Made by a program: the position numbers and the translations under genes. 64,000 nt of DNA, from contig NC_090970.1 in the NCBI RefSeq assembly GCF_040807025.1, forward strand, positions 837,359-901,358, written 5' to 3'. How positions within the stretch are numbered: position 1 is the first letter of the stretch; each line of letters opens with the position of its first letter. Origin of the DNA: Struthio camelus (taxonomy: Eukaryota). Shown piece by piece: positions 59,895 through 64,000 of the stretch. Under the pieces are notes generated by a model. The model worked only from the letters and a program-made list of their open reading frames with translations. It ran no database searches and was not told where the DNA came from.

Positions 59895-59930
59895 ATGGCC
59901 GACGGCGGCGGGCAGCCCCAGATCAGCCAG
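59895..59930 (+). CDS. NDRG2: NDRG2 exon
   Basis: [12 protein letters not shown] matches human MADSGGQPQLTQ. Donor cag|GTGAGG. Confidence 0.9.
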
Positions 59931-60060
59931 GTGAGGGGGGGGTCATGGGGGGTCAGGGGTCACGGGGGGTCAGGGGTCACGGGGGGGTCAGGGGTCACGG
60001 GGGTGGGGTCAGGGGTCACGGGGGGTCAGAGGTCATGACCCCTCCCCTCCCCCCCCGCAG

Positions 60061-60112
60061 CCCGCCAAGCTCACCGAGGCCTTCAAGTACTTCGTGCAGG
60101 GCATGGGCTACA
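60061..60112 (+). CDS. NDRG2: NDRG2 exon
   Basis: [17 protein letters not shown](M) matches human [18 protein letters not shown]. Donor a|GTGAGT. Confidence 0.92.
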
Positions 60113-60114
60113 GT

Positions 60115-61260
60115 GAGTAATTAGCGCGCCGCTTCTTAATTAATTAAAGCCCTGGGGGGTGCTGGGGGGGGGGGTTAGGTTGCCAGGGGCAATTAGGTTC
60201 CCCCATAGGGCAATTAACCCCCCTCAGGAGCTATTAGCTCCCCCCATAGGGTAATTAAACTCCGTGTAGGGTAATTAAGCCCCCCTAGGGGCAATTAGCT
60301 CCCCCCCATATGGTAATTAACCACCCCATAGGGTAATTAAGCCCCCCTAGGGGCAATTAGCTCCCCCCATATGGTAATTAACCCCCCCATAGGGTAATTA
60401 ACCCCCACCAAGGGCAACTAGCTCCCCCCCATAAGGTAATTAACCTCCCTGTAGGGTAATTAAGCCCTCCCAGGGGCAATTAGCTCCCCCTACAGGGTAA
60501 TTAACCCCTCCCAGGGGCAATTAGGTCCCTTCATAGGGTAATTAAGCCCTCCCAGGGGCAATTAGCTCCCCCTATAGGGTAATTAACCCCCCCCAGGGGC
60601 AATTAGGTACCTTCATAGGGTAATTAAGCTCCTCATAGGGCAATTAGCTCCCCCCATAAGGTAATTAAGCCCTCCCAGGGGCAATTAGCTCTCCCTATAG
60701 GGTAATTAACCCCCCCCAGGGGCAATTAGGTCCCTTCATAGGGTAATTAAGCTCCTCATAGGGCAATTAGCTCCCCCCATAGGGTAATTAAGCCCTCCCA
60801 GGGGCAATTAGCTCCCCCTACAGGGTAATTAACCCCCCCCAGGGGCAATTAGGTCCCTTCATAGGGTAATTAAGCTCCTCATAGGGCAATTAGCTCCCCC
60901 CATAGGGTAATTAAGCCCTCCCAGGGGCAATTAGCTCCCCCCATAGGGTAATTAAGCCCTCCCAGGGGCAATTAGCTCCCCCCATAGGGTAATTAACCCC
61001 CTTATGGAGTAATTAAGCCCCCCCAGGGGCAATTAGTTCCCTCCATAGGGTAATTAACCCCCTTATGGGGCAATTAGCTTCCCTCATAGGGTAATTAACC
61101 CCCTTATGGAGTAATTAAGCCCCCCCAGGGGCAATTAAGTCCCCCCGTAGGGTAATTAACCCCCTTATGGGGCAATTAGCTCTCTCCATAGGGTAATGAA
61201 CCTCCCCTCCCCCCGTTCCGGGTAATTAAGCCCCCCCCGGGTATTTACCCCCCCCCGCTC
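60115..61260. repeat. About 40-bp tandem repeat (GGGTAATTAAGCCCTCCCAGGGGCAATTAGCTCCCCCATA)n of about 28 copies in the last NDRG2 intron, with a TAATTA core every about 20 bp
   Basis: Read directly. Starts right after the exon donor at 60113. Confidence 0.85.
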
Positions 61261-61669
61261 CGGGTAATTACCCTCTCCCCCCTCCCCCCAGTCCCCAACC
61301 TGCCCGACCGCCGCCTCGGCCCAGGTACCGGCCGACACGCGTGTGCGGGGGGCGGGGGCAGGTCACGTGTGCTGTGCTCCGCCCCCTCCGCGGTCACGTG
61401 TGCTGCCCCACCCCCCCCCCCCACCGTCACGCGTGTGCGCCTCTCTCCCCCCTCCCTGCACTACGTCACGTGTGCTCCTCCCCCTCCAGGCGGGGGGGGC
61501 GTGGCCGGGGGGTGGAGGGGGCGTGGCCGGCGGGGAAGGGGGACACGCAGCCAATGGGGCGCGGCGCGGGCTCCCGGGGGGCGTGGCCAAGCGGGAAGGC
61601 GGGGCGGGGTGGAGAATGGAGGGGCGTGGCCGGCGGCGGGCTGGGCCAATGGGGTCGCTGCTGACTGGG

Positions 61670-62770
61670 CCGGGGAGCCGTTGCCGGGGCAACGGGGCAC
61701 TGTGGAGGGTTGGGCGGAGGGGGCGTGGCCGGCGGCGGTCTGGGCCAATGGGATGGCTGCTGACTGGGCCGGGGAGGGGGGGGGGAGTGTTGCCGGGGCA
61801 ACGGGGCGCGGAGGGGAGGGCTGCTGACTGGGCGGGGGGAACGTTGCCAGGGCAACGGGGCGCGGAGGGGAGGGCTGCTGACTGGGCGGGGGAACGTTGC
61901 CAGGGCAACGGGGCGCGGAGGGGAGGGCTGCTGACTGGGCGGGGGAACGTTGCCAGGGCAACGGAGCGAGGAGGGGAGGGCTGCTGACTGGGCGGGGGAA
62001 CGTTGCCAGGGCAACGGGGCGCGGAGGGGAGGGCTGCTGACTGGGCGGGGGAACGTTGCCAGGGCAACGGGGCGCGGAGGGGAGGGCTGCTGACTGGGCG
62101 GGGGAACGTTGCCAGGGCAACGGGGGGCGGAGGGGAGGGCTGCTGACTGGGCGGGGGGGAACGTTGCTACGGCAACGGGGCGCGGAGGGGAGGGCTGCGG
62201 CGGGCTGGGACAATGGGATGGCTGCTGACTGGGCGGGGGGAACGTTGCCAGGGCAACGGGGCGCGGAGGGGAGGGCTGCTGACTGGGCGGGGGAACGTTG
62301 CCAGGGCAACGGAGCGAGGAGGGGAGGGCTGCTGACTGGGCGGGGGAACGTTGCCAGGGCAACGGGGCGCGGAGGGGAGGGCTGCTGACTGGGCGGGGGG
62401 GAACGTTGCTACGGCAACGGGGCGCGGAGGGGAGGGCTGCGGCGGGCTGGGACAATGGGATGGCTGCTGACTGGGCGGGGGGAACGTTGCCAGGGCAACG
62501 GGGCGCGGAGGGGAGGGCTGCTGACTGGGTGGGGACAGCGTTGCCAGGGCAACAGGGCGCGGAGGGGAGGGCTGCGGCGGGCTGGGCCAATGGGGTGGCT
62601 GCTGACTGGGCCGGGGGGGGGGGAGCGGGAGTGTTGCCGGGGCAACGGGGCGCGGAGGGGAGGGTAGCGGTGGAGGGGGCGTGGCCTGCAGCGGTCTGGC
62701 CCAATGGGGTGGCTGCTGACTGGGTCGGGGAGAGGGAAGCGTTGCCGGGGCAACGGGGGAAGCGTTGCAG
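61670..62770. repeat. About 59-bp tandem repeat of about 18 copies in the last NDRG2 intron, each containing the palindrome GTTGCCAGGGCAAC (RFX X-box consensus GTTGCC-NN-GGCAAC)
   Basis: Unit GGCTGCTGACTGGGCGGGGGAACGTTGCCAGGGCAACGGGGCGCGGAGGGGAGG. Variants GTTGCCGGGGCAAC and GTTGCTACGGCAAC. Followed at 62660-63030 by about 8 copies of GGGGGCGTGGCC (GC-box like) just upstream of the terminal exon. Confidence 0.8.
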
Positions 62771-63051
62771 CGGAGGGGGCGTGGCCAGCGGTGAAGTGGG
62801 CCAATGGGGCGGGAGGGGGCGTGGCCAGCGCGTGTGTATCGACGGTGGGGAGAACGGGCCAAGAGGAAGGGGGCGCGGCCGGGGTGGGCGTGGCCGGGGT
62901 GGAATGGGCGTGGCCAGCGGAGGGAGTGGGCGTGGCCAGGGGGCAGCAGCCAGCGCTCTCCCTGCCGGAGCTGCGCTATTACGCGGGGGGGCGGGGGCGT
63001 GGCCTCCGAGGGGCGGGGGCGTGGCCTAACTCGCCCCCGCCCCCTCCGCAG

Positions 63052-63179
63052 TGGCATCGTCGTGCATGACACGGCTGTCGCGGTCGCGCACGGCCTCGCT
63101 CTCCAGCGGCGCCTCGGGCGACGGCGGCCGGGCCCGGAGCCTGTCGCGGGGCAGCGAGGCTTCGCCCGCCGCCTGCTGA
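63052..63179 (+). CDS. NDRG2: NDRG2 terminal coding exon (TGA 63177-63179)
   Basis: Acceptor cccctccgcag. (M)[41 protein letters not shown] matches human [40 protein letters not shown].... Shorter Ser/Arg tail than human. Confidence 0.85.
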
Positions 63180-63189
63180 ACCCGCCGCC

Positions 63190-64000
63190 CCCTCCCCAAA
63201 TCCTCCCCAGATCCCCCCCGGACTCCATAGCCCCCCCCCCAAAACCCTCCCCAGACTCGAAATCCCCCCAAATCCTCCCCAGACGCCCCCCCCCCGGACT
63301 CGATACCCCCCCAATATCCCCCCAAATCCTCCCCAGACCCCCCTGGACTCGATATCCCCCCCGATATCCCCCCCAAAACCCTTCCCAGACCCGATATCCC
63401 CAATATCCCCCCATATCTTCCCCAGACCCCCCCCCGGACTCGATGTCCCCCCCAATATCCCCCCAAATCCCCCTGGACTCGATATCCTCCCAATATCCCC
63501 CCAAATCCTTCCCAGACCCCCTCCCTGGACTTGATATCCCCCCCAATATCCCCCCAAATCCTTCCCAGACCCCCCCTGGACTCGATATCCCCCCAATATC
63601 CCCCCAAATCCTCCCCAGATCCCCCTGGACTCGATATCCTCCCCAATATCCCCCCAAATCCTCCCCAGACCCCCTCTCAGACTCGATATCCCCCCCGATA
63701 TCCCCCCCAAATCCTTCCCAGACCCCCCGGGACTCGATATCCTCCCCAATATCCCCCCAAATCCTTCCCAGACCCCCTCTCAGACTCGATATCCCCCCCA
63801 ATATCCCCCCAAATCCTCCTCAGACCCCCTCTCAGACTCGATATCCTCCCAATATCCCCCCAAATCCTTCCCAGACCCCCTCTCAGACTCGATATCCCCC
63901 AATATCCCCCCAAATCCTCCTCAGACCCCCTCTCAGACTCGATATCCCCCCCAATATCCCCCCAAATCTTCCTCAGACCCCCTCTCAGACTCGATATCCC
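63190..64000. repeat. About 60-bp tandem repeat (CCCCAGACCCCCTGGACTCGATATCCCCCCAATATCCCCCCAAATCCT)n in the NDRG2 3'UTR
   Basis: Read directly. Begins 10 nt after the stop codon and continues to the window end. Confidence 0.85.

Larger units (their letters stand above)
49869..63179 (+). other. NDRG2: NDRG2 gene (N-myc downstream-regulated gene family member 2; closest to NDRG2 among NDRG1-4), 14 coding exons
   Basis: Spliced product [333 protein letters not shown] is collinear with human NDRG2. [27 protein letters not shown] favours NDRG2 over NDRG1, NDRG3 and NDRG4. Confidence 0.9.

Noticed and set aside
1-64000. CRISPR array or prokaryotic defence/accessory system
   Set aside because: The regular direct repeats are contiguous minisatellites without unique spacers. 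Spliced vertebrate genes with GT-AG introns, CpG-island promoters with CCAAT/Sp1/CRE elements and AATAAA signals show this is eukaryotic nuclear DNA. No prokaryotic gene architecture is present.

Overview
This window is vertebrate nuclear DNA, not prokaryotic. It is extremely GC-rich and CpG-rich, with GC3 near 100% in exons, and most likely comes from an avian or reptilian microchromosome-type region. I found no prokaryotic system, CRISPR array, rRNA, tRNA or recognisable transposon.

Five multi-exon protein-coding genes are recognisable by their translated exons:
- OSGEP on the minus strand, exons 1-9. Its 3' end lies before position 1.
- APEX1 on the plus strand, complete, with 4 coding exons.
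- PIP4P1 (TMEM55B) on the minus strand, complete, with 7 coding exons.
- PNP on the plus strand, about 6 coding exons.
- NDRG2 on the plus strand, 14 coding exons, with the stop codon at 63177-63179.

The order and orientations match the OSGEP/APEX1 head-to-head arrangement followed by TMEM55B and PNP on human 14q11.2; NDRG2 lies on the same human band.

Introns and intergenic DNA are almost entirely tandem repeats:
- A pervasive 20-21-bp minisatellite (GGGGCCCAGGCGTCCGGGGAG and its complement) fills most introns.
- About 10.6 kb of satellite lies between PIP4P1 and PNP, with a 3261-bp higher-order period.
- Many other arrays have unit lengths between 20 and 180 bp.

These repeats create very long spurious ORFs in all six frames, including proline-rich, Gly/Arg-rich and cysteine-rich translations. 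None of these is a gene.

The promoters contain tandemly amplified cis-element modules:
- The OSGEP/APEX1 bidirectional promoter has a 70-bp unit repeated 8 times, each with a CCAAT box and GC boxes, plus four CRE palindromes.
- The PIP4P1 promoter has repeated CCAAT plus CACGTGAC (CLEAR-like) units and an NRF1 site.
- The last NDRG2 intron carries about 18 tandem copies of a perfect RFX X-box palindrome.

Exon coordinates may be off by 1-2 nt in places. Near 25.4-25.7 kb the displayed text and the ORF track appear to differ by one base.
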